A DNA stretch of 64,000 bases. It comes from Eledone cirrhosa. Taxonomy: Eukaryota. How positions within the stretch are numbered: position 1 is the first letter of the stretch; the number at the start of each line of letters is the position of its first letter. The translations under genes were made by a program, and so were the position numbers. Positions 12,170 to 23,233 of this stretch are shown here, one piece after another. The stretch spans positions 10,416,001 through 10,480,000 of the forward strand of contig OZ024765.1 in NCBI GenBank assembly GCA_964016885.1, read 5' to 3'. Under the pieces are notes generated by a model. The model ran no database searches, was not told the origin of the DNA, and saw only the letters and a list, made by a program, of their open reading frames with translations.

Positions 12170-12866
12170 GATACAGCAGATTTTCACAACAATCTGTCCA
12201 CTGGTAGAAATCTTTACTCTAATACTGCAGATTTTCACAACAATCTGTCCACTGGTAGAAATCTTTACTCTAATACTGCAGATTTTCACAACAATCTGTC
12301 CACTGGTAGAAATCTTTACTCTAATACAGCAGATTTTCACAACAATCTGTCCACTGATAGAAATCTTTACTCTAATACAGCAGATTTTCACAACAATCTG
12401 TCCACTGGTAGAAATCTTTACTCTAATACAGCAGATTTTCACAACACTCTGTCCACTGGTAGAAATCTTTACTCTAATACTGCAGATTTTCACAACACTG
12501 TCCACTGGTAGAAATCTTTACTCTAATACTGCAGATTTTCACAACACTCTGTCCACTGATAGAAATCTTTACCCTAATACTGCAGATTTTCACAACACTC
12601 TGTCCACTGATAGAAATCTTTACTCTAATACTGCAGATTTTCACAACACTCTGTCCACTGATAGAAATCTTTACCCTAATACTGCAGATTTTCACAACAC
12701 TCTGTCCACTGATAGAAATCTTTACCCTAATACTGCAGATTTTCACAACACTCTGTCCACTGATAGAAATCTTTACCCTAATACTGCAGATTTTCACAAC
12801 ACTCTGTCCACTGATAGAAATCTTTACCCTAATACTGCAGATTTTCACAACACTCTGTCCACTAGT
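12170..12866 (+). repeat. 51-bp minisatellite (about 14 units)
   Basis: Unit gcagattttcacaacaatctgtccactggtagaaatctttactctaatact. Confidence 0.95.
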
Positions 12867-13607
12867 AAAATTATTATAATCATTTGAATAAACCCTTACT
12901 TATTTAAACTGGCCATATCCAGCCAGAATTCTCTCACCTATTTCATTTCAAACCAACGATAACTGGCTGCTCATTCTGATGTTTTAAGGTATTGTTCTCA
13001 AAATAAATATCAAAATCTCATAGATTCGATATTATGTAAGGTAAAGCCTTTACTATGAAAATATAATAGTAAATACTAAAAGGTTAATAAACTACATAAA
13101 ACCACATTAGTAAGTCAGGATTTTGTTATAGTGCTATTTTACACTTTTCAACGTCTTGTTAATGTGGTTTCGTAATTCAAATGTTTATAATATCTTTACC
13201 AGTGGACAGATTGTTGTGAAAATTTTACATTTGGCACAAGATTAAATCTACCCCCCCCCCCCAAACACACACACGCACTTCATTACTGGGGCTTTATTTT
13301 ATTGACCCTGTAAGGATGAAAGGACAAAGCTAACCTCAATGACATTTAAACTCAGAACATAAAAAGGGCTGAAGTTAAAATGTTTTCGTAATGTGGTTTC
13401 ATTTTTTTTGTTAATTTAAATGTTACTAGTGGACAGATTGTGAAAATTTACAGTATTAGAGTAAAGACTAATATTTAATGTGATTCAGTCATAGCGCAGT
13501 TTTGTACTTTTTAAGAATGTTTTTGTAATGTAGTTTTATATGGTTTGTTAATTTGAATATGTTTAGTATTTTTACTGGGGGACAGATTGTTGTGAAAATG
13601 TAAAAAG

Positions 13608-14005
13608 TGGAATGAATGAATAATGAAATTATTGTGTACAGTGCTCAGGTGCACTACAGGTCATCAAAGGTGGATGTATAGTACATAGAATAATGTACAA
13701 ATGTCAGGAAAGTGAACAGTGTGTGAGTCATGATATACATGTGTGCATGTGTATGGAAGGGGGATATCGGGTGTATCGTTGGTAAATTTCAGGAAGCGTG
13801 GAGGTTTTAAAGGATGCAGTGTCTCGACAGCTAACAACTGATGCAGGTAGTTTGTTCCATGCTTCAGCAACTCTGAGCGTGAAAAGATGTTTCCGAAAGT
13901 CACGGGAGCTGTGCTGTTTTCTGACTTTGTAGGCATGCTCATGTGTCTTGGACACATGGAAGTCAAAAAGGCACTCAGGGCTGTTGTTGGCAAGATGGTT
14001 AGTAA
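13608..14005 (-). mobile_element. CR1/L2-group LINE 3' fragment
   Basis: RKHLFTLRVAEAWNKLPASVVSCRDTASFK is a typical CR1-group ORF2 C-terminus. It is followed by a 3' stem-loop and a (CATT)n-like tail. Confidence 0.8.
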
Positions 14006-14198
14006 TTTTGTATTAATGTGATACAGTCATAGTGCTGTTTTGTACAATAATGTTTTTATAATGTGGTTACATAGTGGACAGATTGTTGTGAAAATTTGCA
14101 GTATTAAAGTAAAGAGTGTAATATTTAATGTGATATAGTCATAGCACAGTTTTGTACTTTTAAAGAATGTCTTCCTCGTGTGGTTTGATGCAGTACGG

Positions 14199-14348
14199 CA
14201 GTGGTTCCCAAAATGGGTTCCGTGAAAAAAGTAGAGAAGTATATTTATATTCCAACCATACCATATAACAGTATTAGACTTTGGGGTTCCTCCGTAAGTT
14301 TCTGAACCAAGAAAGGGTTCCACATTTGAAAAAGTTTGGGAAACCCTG
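14199..14348. mobile_element. hAT-type MITE
   Basis: Ends CAGTGGTTCCCAAA / TTTGGGAAACCCTG with an 8-bp TSD cagtacgg/cagtacag. Confidence 0.85.
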
Positions 14349-14605
14349 CAGTACAGGATGTTAAGAGATATTCAATAAAGTTTTTATGTAAAAAATACTC
14401 ATTCTATTCTTCTCTAGTTTTTCTCCTTCAACTGGAAATCTTCAATAATGTTCTTTTCTGTTTCCTGTGATTTCAGGTATTAAAGTTGAACAGCGGGGTC
14501 CAAATCAAGAATGGTGACAAAGTTGGTCCCTCCTCCACACTTAGCAAATAATATTACGACGACGGTGATGACAACAACCTGTTTAATAATTTGAGCACCG
14601 ATAAG

Positions 14606-15781
14606 ATGGATACAATGTCAGAGCCCTCTCTTTCTCCACCTGTGTTGACCAAAGAGACAGACCTGAGTGAACGGAATGGTGACAATGAAACAACAAGTGG
14701 TCCAGGAAAGGAAAGCCCTCCTGGGATGGAGACGGGGCGCTTAAAATTTGACGACGACGATGATGATGATGATGATGACGATCCTGCTGACAGGAGTGAC
14801 TCCTCCAATGGAAACAAATCACGGCCTCCCTCGTTAGATGATTATTTTAACGAGGAAGGCAAAGAGAAAGAGACCGTAAGCGGTGCTGATGACAGTAGTA
14901 GCGGTGGTAGTAATAGTAAGGTGGAGAGAAAGGAAGAGACGGTGAAGGAGGGGGAGGGAGGTGAAGGAGAAAAAGGAGGGGGAGGTGGAGTAGAGAAAAA
15001 GGAGAAGGGTGAGAGTGATGGCGATGACTCCTCTCCCCCGAAAAATGAGACTGCTGAAGGGAAAAAGAAGGATGAGGTGCCGTTGGAAGATAAAGATGAG
15101 TTAACGAAGAAGGTTATTAAGGACGATAACGGGGATGATGACAACAACAGCAGCAGCAGCAGACCTGGAGAGACGAGTATGGAGGTTGACAATGATGATG
15201 TTGATGATGGTGGTGATGATGATAACAATGATGATGCCAAATCTAAAGAAACGACCGCCTCTGCTGTTGCTGTTAAAGAGACCGGCGGAGCATCGAAATC
15301 GAAGGAAGACGAGAAGGGTGACAGTGGGTCCAAAACCGACGAGAAGTCGGATAAAGAGACGAGCGAAGATGCAGCAGAGCTTAAGACGGAGTCGGAAACG
15401 GAGAGTAACAACAAGACAGGTGAGGAATTTACCAGCTTGAAGATGAAATTAGATAAAGACGATAAAGACGAAGAGGCTGCTACTACTACTACGTCGTCAA
15501 GTACCACTGCTGTTACTACTATAGTTGATGTTGATCTGGAAACAGAGAAAGACGAAGAGGGTAAGAAAGAGAAAGCTGATGAGGAGCCCAAGCCGGAAGA
15601 CCAGAGCAAGAAAACTGAAGAAGGTAGAATCTCCCCGCGCCGTACCAGAAGTCAGAACAAGACGAAAATGATTCCGGCATCATATCTCGAAGACATTGAT
15701 CTTGATGAAGAAGATGATGATGATTATGATCTCCAGATCACATCTGTATCTGGCAAGCTGGATATCACCAAAGACAAACAG
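14606..15781 (+). CDS. ZMYM4: Coding exon 1: acidic low-complexity N-terminus (MDTMSEP...DITKDKQ)
   Basis: Acceptor tttcag|G at 14476/14477, in-frame TAA at 14549, first in-frame ATG at 14606, donor CAG|gtaagc at 15781, phase 0. Ends with a SIM-like DDDDYDLQITSV. Confidence 0.85.
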
Positions 15782-15814
15782 GTAAGCTCGTTAACTTTAT
15801 TTCTTTCTTTCACA

Positions 15815-16335
15815 TCTATATACCTACCTACCTACTTACCTAGAAAGATATCTAACTACCTGTCTATCTATCTAACTATCTGCCTATTTACCTACCTACC
15901 TACCTAGAAAGCTATCTAACTACCTGTCTATCTATCTATCTGCCTATTTACCTACCTACCTACCTACCTACCTACTTACCTAGAAAGCTATCTATCTATC
16001 TAACTATCTGCCTATTTACCTACCTACCTACCTACTTACCTAGAAAGATATCTATCTACCTGTCTATCTATCTAACTATCTGCCTATTTATCTACCTACC
16101 TACCTACCTACCTACCTACCTAACTATCTACCTCTGTCTATTTATCTACCTGTCTATCTATGTAACTCCTAACTTACTGTTTGTCTATCTATCTACTTAC
16201 TTACCTGCCTATTTATCTACTTACTTACCTGCCTATTTATCTACCTACATATCTGTCTACCTATCTATTTACTTATCTATCTATCTATCTATCTACCTAT
16301 CTATTTACTTATCTACCTATCTATCTATCTAACCG
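15815..16335. repeat. (CTAC/CTAT)n compound microsatellite directly after exon 1
   Basis: Direct reading. Confidence 0.9.
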
Positions 16336-17976
16336 TCTCTCTAATTATATATCTTAGAACTTTATTGAGGAAAATTTTTCTGAATAAATAAAATTATAAT
16401 GAATTGTTCTAAGATAAGGATAGACATTTTAAAATTATGTAAACAATCTATTCTTAAAACCATTGAGCGATAGAAAGTTTTTAAATTTGAAAGTTAGAAG
16501 CACCAACGTTGTTCACTATGAAAAATACTCCAATAATTTGGGCATGTAAAGCCTGGAGAGTTTTGTTTCATAAAATGAAAGCTGGTTTTGGCTGGGTTGG
16601 TATCAAAAGAGTTATTTTCCTAATGTAATAACTTCAAATAAGGTTCTTGTATAATCTCATGTTGGAGTATATAAATTTATAAAAGAATTATTTAACCCTT
16701 TAGCATTCAAATCGGCCGTATCTGGCCAGAAATGTCTCACCTTTCTGTTCAAACCAGTTGAAACTGGCCGCTTATACTGATGTTAAGGTATTGTTCTCAA
16801 AATAATAATATCAAAATCTCATAGATTCGATATTATGTGAGATAATTATGTATGATAAAGTGTTTACTACAAAAATACAATAGTATATATAGAGTAATGT
16901 GATTGTTAAAGGGTTAAAATATGTGGTTTTGTTTCATAGAACCCAAGGCTGGTTTTGGGTATCAAAAGGGTTAACCGTGTCCTTTTTTTACGATATGAGA
17001 GGAATTTGGCTACTATTTCTGGCAATTTGTGTAACCATATACAGGGTACCAAAACTGCATTAACTGTTTCATGACTGTATTTATAATGAGATATACTCTT
17101 TCGATTAAGTAATACAGAATTTTGGAGGATTTACTCAAATGATTAATTATTTCATTCCTAATATAAAAACTTAACACATGGTTCTTATATAATATCATGT
17201 TGGAATATATAAACTTATATAGGAATTGTTTGAAAAATGGGGTTTTATTTCATAGAACCAGGGCTGGTTTTGGCGAGGTTGGTATCAAAATGGTTAATAA
17301 CAAGAAATTGTTTCATGAAATTTTTTTCAATTTCTTTTTAGTATTTTCTAAATTAAATGAAACCCATTATTAGCAGTGTCTTTTATTAGAAATATAGTCA
17401 CATAAAAGTGATAGGAAGGGCATACATCCGTAGAAAGCTTGCCAAACAAAGGTGTCGTGAGGACCCTTTAGTTGTGTCAAGGACATGACCACCTCTGTAA
17501 AGTGGTTGGTTGTGTTAAAGACATGGCTATCGGTCCCGTGTACTTGGTAGAACGTGAGACTGTACAGAAGCAAGATGCAGATCCCTGGCCTGTCAGGGAG
17601 GTCAGTAGCCCTGCTTCAGTACTGACTTGGTCTCTGTAGACCAGTCCCACTCTTGCTAGTAGGGAAAGTGTATATTAACCTGTTAGCATTTACATTACGC
17701 TATATATAGTATTATATTTTCACAGTAAAGGCTTTACCTCACATAATTATCTCACATCATGTCAAATTTATGAGATTTTGATATTATTTATTTTGAGAAC
17801 AATCCCTTAATATCAGTTAGAGCTGGTAGCAAACAAAAAGAGGTGAGAGAATTCTGGCTGGATATGGATGGTTTAAATGCTGAAGGGTTAAAGCTGCGAT
17901 GATGATGAAAGGATGAGATTTCTTCCTTAAAAATATAAATTATTCATTTTCTAATTTTGATTCTATTTTTCTGCAG

Positions 17977-18025
17977 TTACTTAAAAGGTCCCCATCAAAA
18001 ATTTCACGGTCTGACGGTTCTTCAC
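17977..18025 (+). CDS. ZMYM4: Coding exon 2 (49 nt; LLKRSPSKISRSDGSS)
   Basis: Pyrimidine tract plus ctgcag acceptor and C|gtaagt donor. Phase 0 to 1 bridges exon 1 and exon 3 exactly. Confidence 0.75.
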
Positions 18026-18384
18026 GTAAGTTGTCTCGTTTTCTCTCTATTTGCTGTTTAGAGCCTCTGGAACTGGTGGGAAAGAGGGGTATTGCAAAGA
18101 TCCTTTTTCAGAGCCTCTGGGACTGGTTGAGGGTAGGGGCAATGCAAAAACCCTTTTTCCGAGTGTCTGGGAATGGTGTGAGGGAGGGACATTGCATTTG
18201 GTCCTTTATTTTAATTTAAGAAATAAACCCTTAAAATTTTCAGTTGTTGTACTCTGTTTTTCTTCAGGGATCTGACCTTAGATTTGATCTTAATTTAAAA
18301 AATAAACCCTTAAAAACCTACACTAACATCTAAAAAACTCCCTGAATTGTTGTTGAACAGTAAATGCCATGTTTTATATATTAT

Positions 18385-18630
18385 GTGTGGTGTGTTATTA
18401 AAATAGGGGTTATTGCCATGTTGTGGTGTGTTATTAAAATAGGGGTTATTGCTTTGTGTTATATGTTGTGGTGTGTTATTAAAATAGGGGTTATTGTCAT
18501 GTTATATGTTGTGTGGTGTGTTATTAAAATAGGGTTTATTGCCATATGTTATATGTTGTTGTGTGTTATTAACATAGGGGTTATTGCTCTATGGTATATG
18601 CTGTTGTGTTATTAAAATAGGGGTTTATTT
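18385..18630 (+). repeat. Short variable tandem repeat (core tgtgttattaaaataggggttatt, 6 copies) abutting the exon 3 acceptor
   Basis: Direct reading. Confidence 0.85.
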
Positions 18631-18640
18631 TCTGTTACAG

Positions 18641-18723
18641 CTAGATCACAGTTGTCTGATAAGTTCTCTTCCAAGTCTTCCCCTTTGTCAAAAACCTCAC
18701 AGAAATGTATAGTATGTCATAAG
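18641..18723 (+). CDS. ZMYM4: Coding exon 3 (PRSQLSDK...QKCIVCHK), first half of the first MYM finger
   Basis: ttacag acceptor, AAG|gtatgt donor, phase 1 to 0. The CxxC is continued by exon 4. Confidence 0.85.
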
Positions 18724-18777
18724 GTATGTATCATCATCATCATCATCATCACTGTCACATACATCATTATTATCATC

Positions 18778-18967
18778 GGTGGATTGGCAATATCGGTAGA
18801 GGGTCGGACGCCATGCTTAGCAGCAAAGAGTTACGGCCCTTTATGGTCTGAGTTCAAATCCCGCCGAGGTTAACTTTGCCTTTCATTCTTACGGGGGTCG
18901 ATAAAATAAAGTACCAGTAATACACTGGGATAATTGCTGGCCTTGTGCCAAAAGTAGAAACAATTAT
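18778..18967 (+). mobile_element. SINE type B
   Basis: Head ggtggattggca...gagttcaaatcc, central ttgcctttcatt...ggggtcgataaaataaagtaccag, end aaagtagaaacaattat. Other copies or fragments near 2210, 7500, 8166, 29860-30200. Confidence 0.8.
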
Positions 18968-21900
18968 CATCATCATCTTCATCATTGTCATCTTCTTCAT
19001 CGTTATTATCATCATCTTCATCGTTATTGTCATCATCTTCATCGTCATTATCATCTTCTTCATCGTCATTATCACCATCTTCATCGTCATCATCACCATC
19101 TTCATCGTCATTATCATCTTCTTCATCGTCATTATCATCTTCATCGTCATTCTCATCATCTTCATCGTTATTGTCATCTTCTTCATCGTCATCATCACCA
19201 TCTTCATCGCCATTATCATCATCTTCATCGTCATCATCACCATCTTCATCGTCATTATCATCTTCTTCATCGTCATTATCATCTTCATCGTCATTCTCAT
19301 CATCTTCATCGTTATTGTCATCTTCTTCATCGTCATCATCACCATCTTCATCGCCATTATCATCATCTTCATCGTCATTATCATCATCTTCATCGTCATT
19401 ATCATCTTCTTCATCGTCATTATCATCTTCATCGTCATTCTCATCATCTTCATCGTTATTGTCATCTTCTTCATCGTCATTATCATCATCTTCATCGCCA
19501 TTATCATCTTCATCATTATTATCATCATCTTCATCGTCATTATCATCTTCTTCATCGTCATTATCACCATCTTCATCGTCATTATCATCATCTTCATCGT
19601 CATTATCATCTTCTTCATCGTCATTATCATCTTCATCGTCATTCTCATCATCTTCATCGTTATTGTCATCTTCTTCATCGTCATTATCATCATCTTCATC
19701 GCCATTATCATCTTCATCATTATTATCATCATCTTCATCGTCATTATCATCTTCTTCATCGTCATTATCATCATCTTCATCGTCATTATCATCATCTTCA
19801 TCGTCATTATCATCTTCATCGTCATTATCATCATCTTCATCGCCATTATCATCTTCATCATTATTATCATCATCTTCATCGTCATTATCATCTTCTTCAT
19901 CGTCATTATCATCATCTTCATCGTCATTATCATCATCTTCATCGTCATTATCATCTTCATCGTCATTATCATCATCTTCATCGTTATTGTCATCATCTTC
20001 ATCGTCATTATCACCATCTTCATCGTTATTGTCATCATCTTCATCGTCATTATCATCTTCTTCATCGTCATTATCACCATCTTCATCGTCATCATCACCA
20101 TCTTCATCGTCATTATCACCATCTTCATCGTCATTATCATCATCTTCATCGTCATTATCATCATCTTCATCGTCATTATCATCTTCATCGTCATTATCAT
20201 CATCTTCATCGTTATTGTCATCATCTTCATCGTCATTATCACCATCTTCATCGTTATTGTCATCATCTTCATCGTCATTATCATCTTCTTCATCGTCATT
20301 ATCACCATCTTCATCGTCATCATCACCATCTTCATCGTCATTATCATCATCTTCATCGTCATTATCATCATCTTCATCGTCATTATCATCATCTTCATCG
20401 TCATTATCATCTTCATCGTCATTATCATCATCTTCATCGTTATTGTCATCATCTTCATCGTCATTATCATCATCTTCATCGTCATTATCACCATCTTCAT
20501 CGTCATTATCATCATCTTCATCGTCATTATCATCTTCTTCATCGTCATTATCATCATCTTCATCGCCATTATCATCATCTTCATCGCCATTATCATCATC
20601 TTCATCGTCATTATCATCTTCTTCATCGTCATTATCATCTTCATCGTCATTATCATCATCTTCATCGTCATTGTCATCATCTTCATCGTCATTATCATCT
20701 TCATCGTCATTATCATCATCTTCATCGTCATTATCATCTTCTTCATCGTCATTATCATCTTCATCGTCATTCTCATCATCTTCATCGTTATTGTCATCTT
20801 CTTCATCGTCATTATCATCATCTTCATCGCCATTATCATCTTCATCATTATTATCATCATCTTCATCGTCATTATCATCTTCTTCATCGTCATTATCACC
20901 ATCTTCATCGTCATTATCATCATCTTCATCGTCATTATCATCTTCTTCATCGTCATTATCATCTTCATCGTCATTCTCATCATCTTCATCGTTATTGTCA
21001 TCTTCTTCATCGTCATTATCATCATCTTCATCGCCATTATCATCTTCATCATTATTATCATCATCTTCATCGTCATTATCATCTTCTTCATCGTCATTAT
21101 CATCATCTTCATCGTCATTATCATCTTCATCGTCATTATCATCATCTTCATCGCCATTATCATCATCTTCATCGTTATTGTCATCATCTTCATCGTCATT
21201 ATCACCATCTTCATCGTTATTGTCATCATCTTCATCGTCATTATCACCATCTTCATCGTCATTATCATCATCTTCATCGTCATTATCATCTTCTTCATCG
21301 TCATTATCATCTTCATCGTCATTATCATCATCTTCATCGTCATTATCATCTTCTTCATCGTCATTATCATCTTCATCGTCATTCTCATCATCTTCATCGT
21401 TATTGTCATCTTCTTCATCGTCATTATCATCATCTTCATCGTCATTATCATCATCTTCATCGTCATTATCATCTTCATCGTCATTATCATCATCTTCATC
21501 GCCATTATCATCATCTTCATCGTTATTGTCATCATCTTCATCGTCATTATCATCTTCTTCATCGTCATTATCACCATCTTCATCGTCATCATCACCATCT
21601 TCATCGTCATTATCACCATCTTCATCGTCATTATCATCATCTTCATCGTCATTATCATCTTCTTCATCGTCATTATCATCTTCATCGTCATTCTCATCAT
21701 CTTCATCGTTATTGTCATCTTCTTCATCGTCATTATCATCATCTTCATCGCCATTATCATCATCTTCATCGCCATTATCATCATCTTCATCGTCATTATC
21801 ATCATCTTCATCGTCATTATCATCTTCTTCATCGTCATTATCATCTTCATCGTCATTATCATCATCTTCATCGTCATTATCATCATCTTCATCGTCATTA

Positions 21901-22590
21901 TCATCTTCTTCATCGTCATTATCATCTTCATCGTCATTCTCATCATCTTCATCGTCATTATCACCATCTTCATCGTTATTGTCATCATCTTCATCGTCAT
22001 TGTCATCATCTTCATCGTCATTATCATCTTCATCGTCATTCTCATCATCTTCATCGTCATTATCATCTTCTTCATCGTCATTATCATCTTCATCGTCATT
22101 CTCATCATCTTCATCGTCATTATCACCATCTTCATCGTCATTATCATCATCTTCATCGTCATTATCATCATCTTCATCGTCATTATCATCTTCATCGTCA
22201 TTCTCATCATCTTCATCGTCATTATCACCATCTTCATCGTCATCATCACCATCTTCATCGTCATTATCACCATCTTCATCGTCATTATCATCATCTTCAT
22301 CGTCATTATCATCTTCTTCATCGTCATTATCATCTTCATCGTCATTCTCATCATCTTCATCGTCATTATCACCATCTTCATCGTTATTGTCATCATCTTC
22401 ATCGTCATTCTCATCATCTTCATCGTCATTATCACCATCTTCATCGTCATCATCACCATCTTCATCGTCATCATCACCATCTTCATCGTCATTATCACCA
22501 TCTTCATCGTCATTATCACCATCTTCATCGTTATTATCATCATCTTCATCGTCATTATCACCATCTTCATTGTCATTATCACCATCATAC
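18966..22590. repeat. 3.6-kb TCA-derived 18/21-bp minisatellite
   Basis: Unit tcttcatcgtcattatca(tca) with recurring variants. It is the source of the >1200-aa spurious ORFs. Confidence 0.97.
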
Positions 22591-22782
22591 AGAATTATAT
22601 AATGACGAGGATGGTCTTTCTTTTTTTTCCTCCCCTATTTTCCATACTAGCATGGGTTAGGCGAGTCAGATTAGGGGACCGTGTCTTGCTCATACAGAAC
22701 TATCTGATGATGATGATGATGATGATGATAATCTTTCATTTTTTTCTTCCCCCCCGTCTCCTCCAACTTTTAAATCTTCCAG

Positions 22783-23109
22783 ATTGGCAAATGCAAGTAC
22801 AACATAGTCCGAAATGGCGACAACAAGCATTTGTGCGACGACGAGTGTTTCCGACAGTTCCGGGTGAGCCCGACTGTCTACCTACGCAGCATGTCCCCCG
22901 TGAATGCTTCGGCATCCAGTTCCGTATCGGTGGGTTCTTCGATGGAGCAGGCTACACCACATTACAAAATCTGCAGCGTATGTCAGCTGATGAACATCAA
23001 CACCAACAAACACTTCCTAAATTGGCAAGGATTGGACTTCTGTGGTGAGGAATGCCTCGGGAAATTCCAAAGCAGTTTAGGAGGTACATGCTCCTTCTGT
23101 GGATCACAG
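22783..23109 (+). CDS. ZMYM4: Coding exon 4 (IGKCKYNIV...HLCDDECF...DFCGEECL...CSFCGSQ)
   Basis: ttccag acceptor, CAG|gtaaac donor, phase 0-0, MYM/TRASH finger motifs. Confidence 0.92.
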
Positions 23110-23156
23110 GTAAACTATCTTCATTTATTACCCCCCCCCCCCCCCTCCTTCCCCTT

Positions 23157-23203
<47 letters not shown>

Positions 23204-23233
23204 TTTTTTCATTGATACCCAAACACTTGCTTG

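Larger units (their letters stand above)
12059..14367. mobile_element. Composite long-TIR (TTAA-CCCT) element with nested insertions
   Basis: Left end ttaacccttaatgtcctgtat...aaaagtacaaaac... is matched in inverted form at 14110-14367. Nested inside are a minisatellite, MITE A, a SINE scrap, a CR1-type LINE and a hAT MITE. Confidence 0.6.

Noticed and set aside
14842-15609. 255-aa antisense Ser-rich ORF
   Set aside because: It is the shadow of the acidic/lysine-rich coding exon on the + strand.
18854-23048. ORFs of 1200-1370 aa (poly-M/I/K, poly-I/F/V, poly-S)
   Set aside because: They are translations of an intronic TCA-derived minisatellite. The real exon 4 is in a different frame at 22783-23109.
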